From the NCBI GenBank assembly GCA_951406725.2, contig OX597815.1, positions 28,272,001 to 28,336,000 on the forward strand: a stretch of DNA of 64,000 nt, given 5' to 3'. The position numbers were made by a program, and so were the translations under genes. Shown here piece by piece: positions 52,884 to 64,000 of this stretch (position 1 is its first letter; the number at the start of each line of letters is the position of its first letter). Source of the DNA: Octopus vulgaris. Its lineage: Eukaryota. A model generated the notes under the pieces. The model was not told where the DNA came from and searched no databases. It saw only the letters and a program-made list of their open reading frames with translations.

Positions 52884-53297
52884 TTTTGAAAATATACATA
52901 TATATATATATATTATTTTAATCTTTTCGGTTTCTAGAATTTAAGCATCAGAAATTACGATATTCTACAAATTTCTTTCGTTTTCTCTTCTCATTGTTGT
53001 AGTGGAGTTACCGGCATAAGGCCTTGGAATTGTTTTCTTTGAAACCTATGTTTAGAATTCTCTTTTAGACATAGGGGATTATGATTCTAAAAGAAGTCTA
53101 AAGTTGAAGGGTCAGTGATTTTGAATTAGCATTACAGAACAAGGTTAAGTTTTAGAGTTTAGATTTTAGAATTTTGGGTAGAAGTTATGGGTTAAGTAAA
53201 GAAGAAACGGAAATTTGTTTCTTTTTTTTCTATTTTTTTTCCAGGTTCGTATAAATGTTATATGGTATACTTGATCTAATATTCTTTCCCTGGTTTA

Positions 53298-53950
53298 CGC
53301 GGTGAGCTGGCTGAATCGTTAGTACGCAGAGCTAATGCTTCGCGGCATTTTGTACGTCGTTACGTTCTGAGTTCAAATTCGACGAGGTCGATTTTGCCTT
53401 TTATTCTCCCGAGATCGATAAAACATGTACCAGCTTATCACTGAGGTCGATGTAATCGACTTACCTCTTTCGCACGACGTTGCTGGCCTGGCACCAAAAT
53501 TTCAAACCAATATTCTGTCTATGGTCTGTCCAGAAGATTTCTCTCTCTTTCTCTCTTTTACTTGTTTCAGTCATTTGACTGCGGCCATGCTGGAGCACCG
53601 CCTTTAGTCGAGCAAATCGACCCCGGGACTTATTCTTTGTAAGCCCAGTACTTATTCTATCGGTCTCTTTTGCCGAACCGCTAAGTAACGAGGACGTAAA
53701 CACACCAGCATCGGTTGTCAAGCAATGCTAGGGGGACAAACACAGACACACAAACACATACACACACACATACAAATATATATATACATATACGACAGGC
53801 TTCTTTCAGTTTCCGTCTACCAAATCCACTCACAAGGCATTGGTCGGCCCGGGGCTATAGCAGAAGACACTTGCCCAAGATGCCACGCAGTGGGACTGAA
53901 CCCAGAACCATGTGGTTGGTTAGCAAGCTACTTGCCACACAGCCACTCCT
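53298..53950. mobile_element. Family B SINE (53298-53510 +) and family A SINE (53550-53950 -)
   Basis: Family motifs. Confidence 0.88.
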
Positions 53951-55274
53951 GATTATAAAATTGTCGTAAATTATGTTGCAACATTGACAATTCTCTGTCT
54001 CCTCAGTCCGAGCAACTCTGGGTATTTCAGCTTGCTCGTGAAATTAACGTGCAAATGGCTGAGCATTCCACAGACACGTGTACCCTTAACGTAGTTCTCG
54101 GGGATAATCAGCGTGACACAGAGAGTGACAAGGCTGACCCTTTGAAGTACAAGTACAACTCATTTTTGCCAGCTGAGTGGACTGGAGCAACGTGAAATAA
54201 AGTGTCTTACTCGTTTATATAATATCATTATAAAACATGTTTGGTTATTTTTGTTTACTTAATATTTATGTTGGAAGAGCACGGAAAGACGAAAAATTGC
54301 ATATAAAAGACCCCTTTTGGCTATGATTCAACTCAAAATATCCGTTGACTCTTAAGAATTGATGATAATGAAGAGAATGAGGAAATTGCAGTTAAAATAT
54401 ACAACTATTTGTTTTCCGTAACACGTGAAGTTTTATTAATTTAGGTGTAATTACGATTTGATTATATTTCGAGCATTATGAATGCAAATCCTATTTAATA
54501 CGAAATTAATTTTTAGTCATGTAACATATCCTCGTGATTGTTCCATTTATATTTGTTAATTGAAGAACCACATCTGCTGCTAGTGACAACACGAACAGTA
54601 TTTCATTTCAGTGTGGGAGGTATTTGGAAATTAGTACTAACAAACATTTCCTGAAAGTATTAGTACGATAAATGAAACAATTGCAACAGTGAACCGAAAC
54701 CATAGCATAGGGACATAATGCTGCGAATATATCGCTTCACGAAGGAAACCATCACAATAATAATGGTATTTATTCTTAACCCTTTGCCTCTCTAAAGCAT
54801 TTTCGTAAGTTTGTTCTGAGTATCTTTCCTTGTTTTCAGAATTTTAGTTAACTCTTGTTCCATACGTTCTGAGTTATAAAAGTGATCAACTGGTACTTGT
54901 TTTATCGAACTCGAGAGGATAAAAGGCAAAGTCGACCTCGTCGAATTTGAACTCAGAACGTATTTGCTCTGGTGGGTGAAAAAAAATTGGGATTGTGTAT
55001 CATATATGGTGCATGGACTCTAAGGAAATATGTCCTGTGTATCGCATGTGAGGACAAGCAAAGATCTAAGACAAACCCTTTTTATTTGGAGTTGGTTGCT
55101 TTCCTTACTTTGTTTTAGGTACTTGTGTTATAAGTGACAAGCGCCACAGTGTATATAATAAATTCCCTGCGACTTATATTTGCAGCTCTGGTTCAATTTT
55201 TGATTATTGTTATTTAATTGTGGTAAAGCTTCATTGAAAAGTCTGAATGTAATAACCTCTATTTCTGCATTCTT

Positions 55275-55686
55275 ATTTCTTTACAGCCCACAAGGGGCTA
55301 CACACAGAGGGTACAAACAAGGACAGATAAACGGATTAAGTCGATTACATCGACCCTAGTTCGAAACTGGTATTTATTTAATCGACCCCGAAAGGATGAA
55401 AGGCAAAGTCGACCTCGGCGGAATTTGAACTCAGAACGTAACGGCAGACGAAATACCTATTCCTTTACTGCCCACAAAGGGCTAAACACATAGGGGACAA
55501 ACAAGGACAGATAAACGGATTAAGTCGATTATATCGACCCCAGTGCGTAACTGGTACTTAATTTATTGACCTCGAAAGGATGAAAGGCAAAGTCGACCTC
55601 GGCGGAATTTGAACTCAGAACGTAGTGGCAGACGAAATACCGCTAAGCATTTCGTCCGGCGTGCTAACGATTCTGCCAGCTCGCCG
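55275..55686 (-). mobile_element. SINE family B dimer with 16-bp TSD
   Basis: TSD CTATTTCTGCATTCTT at 55259-55274 and 55687-55702. Confidence 0.92.
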
Positions 55687-56414
55687 CTATTTCTGCATTC
55701 TTTGAAGTCAGTAGGGCTGAGAGCATGTTTGTCCGTACTTCTAATCACGAAAGACATAATTAATGACTATCGTTCTGGTGAGTGGAATGAATAAAACAAA
55801 TGTTATGAACGCCAGAGGGGATTAAATTTAAAGCCAACACTGGTGGGACTTGAATTCAGAACAACGAAACACATATTACCATAAAATATTTAAGCTAACA
55901 ATCTCTCTACTAGCGCCAAACTCCTTTTGTCTATATTCTAAAATACAAACGTTGTTGGCAGCAAACAGACAGAAAAAAGTTTCAAAATGCTAGACTAAAT
56001 GTTGGATAAGTTTTCGGTCTGACCGTTTACATTCCGAATTCCAAACTTGTGTAGGTCAGTTTTGTCCTTTATCTCTTAATAACTGTTAAATTATTAATAA
56101 TTATGTATGGAAGAGAGAAAGTGATCGGGGCTTGTGATTTACTTTAGGTTTTCGATACTTACTGCCCGGATGATGACACAAACTACAGTGCACCAGATTT
56201 GACTTTTAATATATTTAACTCTGTCCCCTCTACATTCCAAGTTCGAATTGTTTCCATGTTAACGTTATCTTTTATTTCTTAGAGATCGGTAAGTACTAAT
56301 AATATCGTTTCTATTTAATCGATTGTATTTCTTCATAAAATTCCTCTTTTGTCATTGTAAGAAACCAATACAGGCAAAAAAAAAAAAGAAAGGCACAGCA
56401 GAAAGAAAAATCCA

Positions 56415-56463
<49 letters not shown>

Positions 56464-56465
<2 letters not shown>

Positions 56466-57039
56466 CCTGATGCAGTACCAGGCAGTGGCTCTCAGCAGTA
56501 CCAGGCAGTGGCATTCACGGTTTCTGATCTTAACTGATTGGAAGTGTTATCATGTACATTGTTTTGTCTTGGTATAAAAGATGGCTACAGCAAATATTCT
56601 GCTCAATATCACAGATTTGCTTGTCAGTTGCTTGTCCTTAACCAGTTGAGCATGTCCCTTAGTGGCTGACGATATGTGCATCTCTGATCACGAGCAGAAG
56701 TAGTGGGGAAGCATCATAGCCATGTATTGAGAGGGATTCTTTGGGGTTTGAATAATTCACCTCTGAAAACATGGGTGTTTCGTTCAACATCCTTAAACAA
56801 CCCTTATTCAGGGACCTTTAGAGCGGAATGGGTTACTCGACCAGAAGAAAATTCTAACTGGGCCCCACCTGCAAGGTCATGTGCTGTTTATCTTGATATG
56901 AGATCACCATATTGCGCACATATGGTTGTGATGCATATACCTAGTGTACCCTTGTCAGACGGGTAGTAATAATGGGTATACTGGGCTTCGTATACTTTAC
57001 TCCGGTGTCACTTTGATGGCACGCACTGCTCTCTCACTC
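56464..57039. mobile_element. ~575-bp non-coding insert within an (AAT)n tract
   Basis: Higher-GC sequence with (AAT)n directly on both sides. Confidence 0.6.
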
Positions 57040-57074
<35 letters not shown>

Positions 57075-57912
57075 GAGTAATAATAATCTGAATTGCTTTT
57101 GCCTAATAAGTTTCACTTGCGTCGGAAACGGAACTGCATCAATGCAGTATTAGGTACCATGATATTCTGACTTGAAATTCGCTTTATTTCAGTGATCAGA
57201 TAAAACCAAGAACTAAATCCGTACCATTAGGACTGCGGGTCAAGACAAATTTACTACACTCTACATTTGCTCAAAAAAGTGTAACTGTGCCAATGTCAGA
57301 AATTACGGTAGACACTTATGCAAAATTCAATTTTGTTTTCGGTTAAAATTATGAAATTTAATTTATTACGCGTATAGCAACCGACTCTAGGGTTTCAAAA
57401 ATAACACTTCGGCATTTCAGTTTATAATTATTATGTTGTATATTGAAAGTCAAGACAGTGAAATATTTTTTTCCAATATTGTTCACTTACATATGATTAC
57501 TGTATCCTCGGAGGTTCACATAATTCTATTATTTATATAAATTATTATAGCCTTGAAGCCAACTTTTGTCTACTTACTGTTAAGATGATGTACTATTTGT
57601 GGTCATGTGTGTCTAATAAAATACTCTGCAATTTGTTATGGGTCTCTAGTCATGCTATTATTATCATAAATAACCAGGAGATAAATTTGATTTTGATTTT
57701 CAATTCTGCTTGTCTTTAGAATTTTTCTTTTCTTCCTTCTTTCTTTTTCTTCTTTTTTTTTTTAACCTTCTCAACAAAAGCAGCCGAAGAATCACAGACC
57801 ATTACGACATTACAAGAATTACGATAAACGATCGCGAGACTAACACTCTTGTACCTCCACCAGTCTCACCTGATACTTCGGTCATACGAGACCCTAAAGT
57901 ATATTGGACATG

Positions 57913-58143
57913 CAAGGCGGCGAGCTGGCAGAAACAGCGCGCAGGGCGAAATGCTTAGCGGTATTTCGTCTGTCGTTACGTTCTGAGTTCGAATTCCGCC
58001 GAGGTTGACTTTGTCTTTCATCCTTTCGGAGTCGATAAATAAAGTACCAGTTTCGCACTGGGGTCGATGTAATCGACTTAATCCGTTTGTCTGTCCTTGT
58101 TTGTCCCCTCTATGTTTAGCCCCTTGTGGGTAGTAAAGAAATA
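57913..58143 (+). mobile_element. SINE family B monomer with 13-bp TSD
   Basis: TSD TATATTGGACATG at 57900-57912 and 58144-58156. An older copy lies at 58955-59170. Confidence 0.92.
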
Positions 58144-59319
58144 TATATTGGACATGATGTTTTACAATCATTAACTTTGTACCAGTATATTCTGAGTTCA
58201 AAACTTTTGGTGATGGGAGGGGGCAACGTTGCTTTGAATATCTTAGAACACAGTAATAGGAAACAACTTTCAATGGGACTTGAAACCGAGACGGGAACCT
58301 GGCTGTCTGGATACTTACTTATTACTCTGCATTTGCATCTCTTGCTTTTAAATAAAGTAAATAAAAGAAGTCGCAGGAATCAGCATTGAATAAAATATAG
58401 ACGTGTGAAGTCGTGTTTAACACGGTCGTGTGAAGCCATGAAAAGCAGAATTGGTGTTCGTCGCTGGCAACGTAAAAGAACGCAGAAACGCATGTGTCCT
58501 ACGATCGAATGATGTCATTTACAGCCCACTGTATTTTCACACATGTCGTCTTGGAAGAAAATTTCCCTCTTGAGACCATGCTGCCGCAAGAGATCTTCCC
58601 ACATCCGAGTGTACTGTAACGTGTTAAATATAATTTTACACTAATGATTTATTCAACGTTGCTTCATGCATTTTTATTTAATTCTAGTTTGACCGAGCTT
58701 CACGCACATCAGTAAACATGTTCTTAGCCGTTCTAGTATAAGAACGAATTGTTTATATTGGGCTGTGAAAGGCAGGTTTGTCGTTCCTAACTGACGGAAA
58801 AAGAGACATTTGTACCCAGGGTAATTTAGTCTTGGATACCTTATTGATAAAAATACAATGGGAAGGTGATAACTTTAGATTCTAGGATAGCCTGGGAGTG
58901 ATCTACAACTGAAGTCTCTAATATCAATTATTATTGTATCATATATTAGACGGTAAGGCATCGAGCTGGCAGAACCCTTGCCACACCGGGCAAAATGCTT
59001 AGCAGCATTTCGTCTATCTTTACGTTCTGAGTTCAAATTCCACCAAGGTCAATTTTGCCTTTCGTTTTTTCGGAGTTGATGAAAAATGTACCAGTCAAGT
59101 ACCGGGGTCGATATAATCAACTTACCCGCTTTCTTTAAAAACTACTGGCCCTGTGCCAAAATTTGAAACCATTATATGTTAGATAATGTTGTCTTAGATA
59201 CCCTGTCAGTAAGTGTTAGCTATACGTTTGCACTTGTATGCAAATCTGGGTAATGTTTCATTTTATAGAAGATCGACAGTTGCTCGTACATGCTAATTTT
59301 CTTTTGTCACACTACTAAT

Positions 59320-59478
59320 CAGGGACGGACTGTGAGTATTTAGGGCCCTCGGGCATAACTGTTTACCGGGCTCCTTTGAAAGTGTGTTTTAGTAGAGTTA
59401 GCATATTGAGTGTGAGCCCCTCAGAGCTCCGGACCCTTGGGCAGTGTCCAATTGACCGATGGCTCAATTCCGCCTCTG
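59320..59478. mobile_element. hAT-type MITE
   Basis: CAGGGACGGA ... TCCGCCTCTG termini. 8-bp TSD CTACTAAT / CTATTAAT. Confidence 0.7.
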
Positions 59479-59989
59479 CTATTAATACTGTTCAAGGGAA
59501 ATGATCGCTGCTCTTGGGCCAGTACAGCTAGGAACAATATCGAAGGTGTTGATCCAAGATCACAAGGCGTCTCGTCCCACACTTTAATAGTTTCACTAAT
59601 TCAATGCTCTGGGTTGGTTCTATCTTTTTTCTTGTCCTTGAAAGGATTAAAGATATCTTGACTTCACCGGAATTTGAATGCAGAGTCGGAATAAATATCG
59701 CAAGGCATTATAGGACTTACTCTAACAACTTTTCCTATCCATCCCCTTATCTATCAATAGATACTTCCTATGACTAGCAGTGTAACTGGGGTGGAGGAAG
59801 GACTATCATTTCAATAATTTCAGATAAATCGCTGAATGATTATTTTTTCAGTCATTTTTATATTCCCCAACCGCTTCGTGAATGCAATCTATTCTTTAGA
59901 CACGATACATCAGAAAGTGATATTGTTCTCTATGAAAGTAGATGATGTTACAAATTTATATGTATTTTTTATCTATTAAATGTTTCTTT

Positions 59990-62290
59990 TATACATTCGC
60001 CTTCGCTAAGGCGGAGGTATTGTTTTCAGTCGTATTTGTTTGTCTGTCCGTGGACACGATATCTCAAGAACCGCTGGATGGATTCGGATGAAACTTTCAG
60101 GGATGTTTGGCCTCGTGACTGGCACAGACTGAGTAGATTTTGGGATCGATCCGGTACTGGACAAGGATTCTGAATTAGTTTTCCTTTTTTTTTATATTTA
60201 ATTTTTGAGAGCGGTCGAGTTCATTTTTAGTATTTTCGTTTGTGAGAGCAGTCGAGTTTATTTCAGATATTCTCATTTAAAAAATCATCTCTGGCTAATC
60301 GTTAAGAGGACGTTGGTGTTGTAGTCAAGTCATTTAATTCCCTGTTGCATTTGATGTGTATTCGTTTCATGTAAGTCTTGTTGTTGTTTGAATTGTTGAA
60401 GGTCTACCGCACCTAATTGTTGTATTACTGAATTGTTAAATTTATTGTTACCTGTGAATTCTTCTTTTTCTTCCCCATTTATGGGTGAAGTTGTGAATAA
60501 TACCGTTATGGAATATCAACCAGTTCCAGCCAGCAGTTACGCTGCAGTGACTGGGAAAAGTCTAATGGCAAATGTCTTGAAAGTTAGAGAAATCCAACTG
60601 AACGAAACAAATTTTAAGAAGTACAATGAATTGTTAAGAAAGGAAGGAGACAACCTGAGTCTGACGCCGCCTAAGGAAATTTTGGAAAAAAAAACCCAGA
60701 AAAAAGGACAGTAATATAGAGAACGTTGTATATCGCTACAAAAAGAGTTGAAATAGCTGCAGTAGTGACAGTCGAAGAATGCTTGAAAGAAATCAAAAAT
60801 CTAACTACTTACTACACCAGAGGAAAGAAATACGGCACAGTGGAGGTACGCTTCACGAGTAAACACTCTGCTGTGCCTTTGAAATCAACTGAATGGGTGC
60901 AACTACCAACCTACGGTGGCAAACGTGCGGCCAAAGTGAGGATTGGTAGAGTGACCCCAGAAATTGACGAGGCGTGGCTGGTGGCAGCCATCCTCTATAA
61001 TACAGAAGAAGAAACCAAAATACTTAAAATCACAAGAACTACGGAGGTAAACTAATGGGGATACGGCCTTGAGGTGTCGGTTGACATCAGTTTACCAGAC
61101 CTCCACAAATTTGCAGAGGAATTGGTGTTGCCGGACGAGACGAAACTGAGAGTTGTAGCGGAAGGAAGACCTCCCGTATGCTGTCAATGTGGACTAAGTG
61201 TCCCCAGAAATACGAAGAGGAGGGGATAGAGAAAGAACAAGAAAAAGAGGTTTCAACATCAGAAGAGCAAAGTATGGAAGAACAGTATACAGTGGTGAAA
61301 AGGAAGAAGAGTAACGCGGACTCACCTCCAAAAAGTCCTAAGAAGAAAAGAAAAGGAAATGGAGAGGAGACGCAGAGTGTGGAACAAGGATAAGCGAACG
61401 AGCATAGAAAAAAATGAAAGGCCAACAAAAGTAAGTGAAGGGGTCGAGGAGCGAAGGCAGAAACCGTTACCAACAATCAACAAGGAGGAGAAAGTATAGA
61501 AGAAAAAGAAAGATGAAAGAGAAATTATAACAATAAAGAATGAGAGACATACAGAGGTAGAAATACCAGCAACAGTAGAAGAGATTAGTAAAGAAAATCA
61601 GAGAGAGACACCGAAAGGAAAACAATTAAGAAATATGATAAAGTACACAAAAAGTGTAGAAACTGAAAAAAGATTGCGAAAATGAAGAATGTAATCAGAA
61701 TTAAATAGTCACCCAACGAGAAAAATATAGGTTTGAAGGCTGTTTTGCTGGAAAGAGAAAGAGAGGAGAAAGGTTAAAGGAATTGTTTGGTGAAAAGTTA
61801 GAAGTGACACCCGTATGGTAAGTGAGGAAATTTAAGAACTGAATAGTTATGACTTTGCGTAAATTCTTTTTTAAAAAGATGGAAAAAAAGGAAAAACCAA
61901 TAGATACAAGATATTAGAGTTAACATGTTGAGTGCGAGCCCCTCAGAGCTCCGGACCCTTGGGCAGTGTCCAGTTGACCGATGGTTCAGTCCGCCTCTGC
62001 TATTAATACTGTCCAAGAGAAATGATCGCTGCTCTTGGATATTGAACTGTTAGTAAAATGTTATATAAAAACAGTAAAATGAAACTGCCTGCGTATGGGG
62101 GGCAGGTAAGTCATTCCACCCTCATTTTTCATTGTATTCATAATTTCATACGATATGTGTTTTTATGTACCCCATTATATTGTTTTGTATGTACTTGTAT
62201 TGTTCCCCCTCTTTAAGAGCCATGTGCTCAATAAAAGAAATCAGGACGTTGGTGTTGCCTTGGCGGAAGTTTGCGTTTTCTGAGTGCCCT
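59990..62290 (+). mobile_element. Helentron/DINE-like short element (59990-60321 plus 62243-62290) split by a LINE insertion
   Basis: 5' hairpin CGCCTT..AAGGCG-GAGGT, GTTTGTCTGTC..GATATCTC body, 3' GCCTTGGCGGAAGT end. Confidence 0.6.
60322..62242 (+). mobile_element. Non-LTR retroelement (L1/Tx1-like) with decayed ORF1, no ORF2, 15-bp TSD
   Basis: TSD AGGACGTTGGTGTTG at 60307-60321 and 62243-62257. Interrupted frames give YGTVEVRF...KVRIGRV...LRVVAEGRPPVCCQCG..KCP (broken zinc knuckle). AATAAAA near the 3' end. Confidence 0.75.
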
Positions 62291-62415
62291 TTTTTTCAAT
62301 ATTGCTTTACTTTCTTTTAACATAATTCTTTCTTGCATACATACTTAAATTTCAATGAAGCAAAATATTACCTATTCCAGGCATAAAAAAACGTGTCATG
62401 CATTGGTATCAATAA

Positions 62416-62646
62416 GGCGGCGAGCTGGCAGAAACGTTAGCACGCCGGGCGAAATGCGTAGCCGTATTTCGTCTGCTCTTACGTTGTGAGTTCAAATTCC
62501 GCCGAGGTCGACTTTGCCTTTCATCCTTTCGGGGTCGATAAATTAAGTACCAGTTACGAACTGGGGTCGATATAATCGACTCAATACCTATGTCTGTCCT
62601 TGTTTGCTCCCTCTATGTTTAGCCCCTTGTGGGTAATAAAGAAATA
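62416..62646 (+). mobile_element. SINE family B monomer
   Basis: Consensus-like, flanked by ATCAATAA. Confidence 0.9.
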
Positions 62647-62979
62647 AGCATCAATAATTGATGTTATATGTTTATAACAGGGAATTGAAACAGTGACAGC
62701 ACAGCTCACAAGACATCTGAACAAAGATCGAGAAAGAAAAAAGCAGAGAGAGAGAAATCCATTTGTAGAGATGAGTGTACTTTTAGTACAAATCATCGAA
62801 ATAAACGAACTCAACAGAGAAACGAAAGGAAAAGAAATTTCCCATATTCTTCGATTAATAGATTCATATCAAATGAAATGCTATATCTTTATAAAGTATA
62901 ATGTTCACCTCGATATTAGTCTTATATTCTTAAAGTACAAAAAGAAGAAAATTAATGCATAGAAACTAAGCGTATCTTT

Positions 62980-63327
62980 TACACCACCAGCACCCAAGTA
63001 CTACCTCCACCTTCTAATGTTACCACGACAATTAGTACCTTCACAACCAGTACTAGCACTTGCGCTATCACTACCATTACTACCTCTAAAACAATCAGAA
63101 ACACTATCACCACAACTGCCAACATCATCACAACTACCACTACCACGAGTACAACCGTTATTCCTACCACGACTACCACCACCTAAAACATCATATTTAC
63201 CTCAAGCAAAAGTATTAATACCACCACTACCACGACAACAACAACAACAACCGCAAATACTATCTCTATTACAAGTACCACATCTGCCAGCATCCACTAC
63301 ATCACCTCTACCCCACCACCCCACCTT

Positions 63328-63372
<45 letters not shown>

Positions 63373-63406
63373 CACTACCACCACCACCACCACCACTACT
63401 ACTACC

Positions 63407-63474
<68 letters not shown>

Positions 63475-63636
63475 AATTGCCTAAAACGCCATTCACACCA
63501 CTATCACTAACGGAAGCACTACCTCCGATACTACTGGCGTCACAATTCCACTGCTTCCTTCAATAACCTCAACACCACCGTTGCTATCGCAACAGCCGGC
63601 ACCACCAACACTACCACTACTACCACCACCACCACC

Positions 63637-63683
<47 letters not shown>

Positions 63684-64000
63684 CACTACTACTACTACCA
63701 CTACTACTACTACCACCACCACCATTGCCTAAAACGCCATTCACACCACTATCACTAACGGAAGCACTACCTCCGATACTACTGGCGTCACAATTCCACT
63801 GCTTCCTTCAATAACCTCAACACCACCGTTGCTATCGCAACAGCCGGCACCACCAACACCGGCGCCAGCGTCGGCACCGGCGCCATCGCCATCGCCACCA
63901 ACTCAACCACCCTCATCATCAAGCACAAGTACTAGCACCATCAGCAACACTACCGACATCACCAGCTGTTCCCCTCCTCCACGTACCACCACACGTACAC
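62980..64000. repeat. (ACT)n/(ACC)n low-complexity region with an exact ~136-bp duplication
   Basis: 63476-63611 equals 63724-63859. Confidence 0.9.

Noticed and set aside
63017-63814. Mucin-like Thr/Pro-rich coding exon
   Set aside because: Trinucleotide low complexity, frames interrupted by stops, and no clear splice sites.

Overview
This is AT-rich, repeat-dense eukaryotic DNA. The SINE families and microsatellite load suggest an octopus (coleoid cephalopod), which is inference only. One host coding exon is recognisable: the first coding exon of a slowpoke/BK (KCNMA1/Slo1) potassium channel, minus strand, 26656-26297, ending at a phase-0 GT donor. Positions 1-26296 are therefore probably intron and positions above ~26.7 kb upstream/UTR sequence. 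The rest is mobile DNA: several tRNA-derived SINE families, CR1, RTE and L1/Tx1 relics, mariner-, piggyBac-, hAT- and Merlin-type MITEs, Helitron/Helentron derivatives and a 1.5-kb 20-bp minisatellite. The most notable observations are: (1) at least seven minimal type I hammerhead ribozyme motifs in short Penelope-derived elements, mostly at (TA)n/(TG)n tracts, with four clear motifs inside 35.6-36.9 kb and recurrent non-canonical cores; (2) a SINE that inserts as head-to-tail concatemers bounded by a single target-site duplication; (3) an ORF1-only LINE containing a patch copied from DNA 2.5 kb away; (4) a CpG-decay boundary near the slo exon. Almost all other listed ORFs are microsatellite or SINE artefacts. 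All calls were made by eye, and element boundaries without TSDs are approximate.
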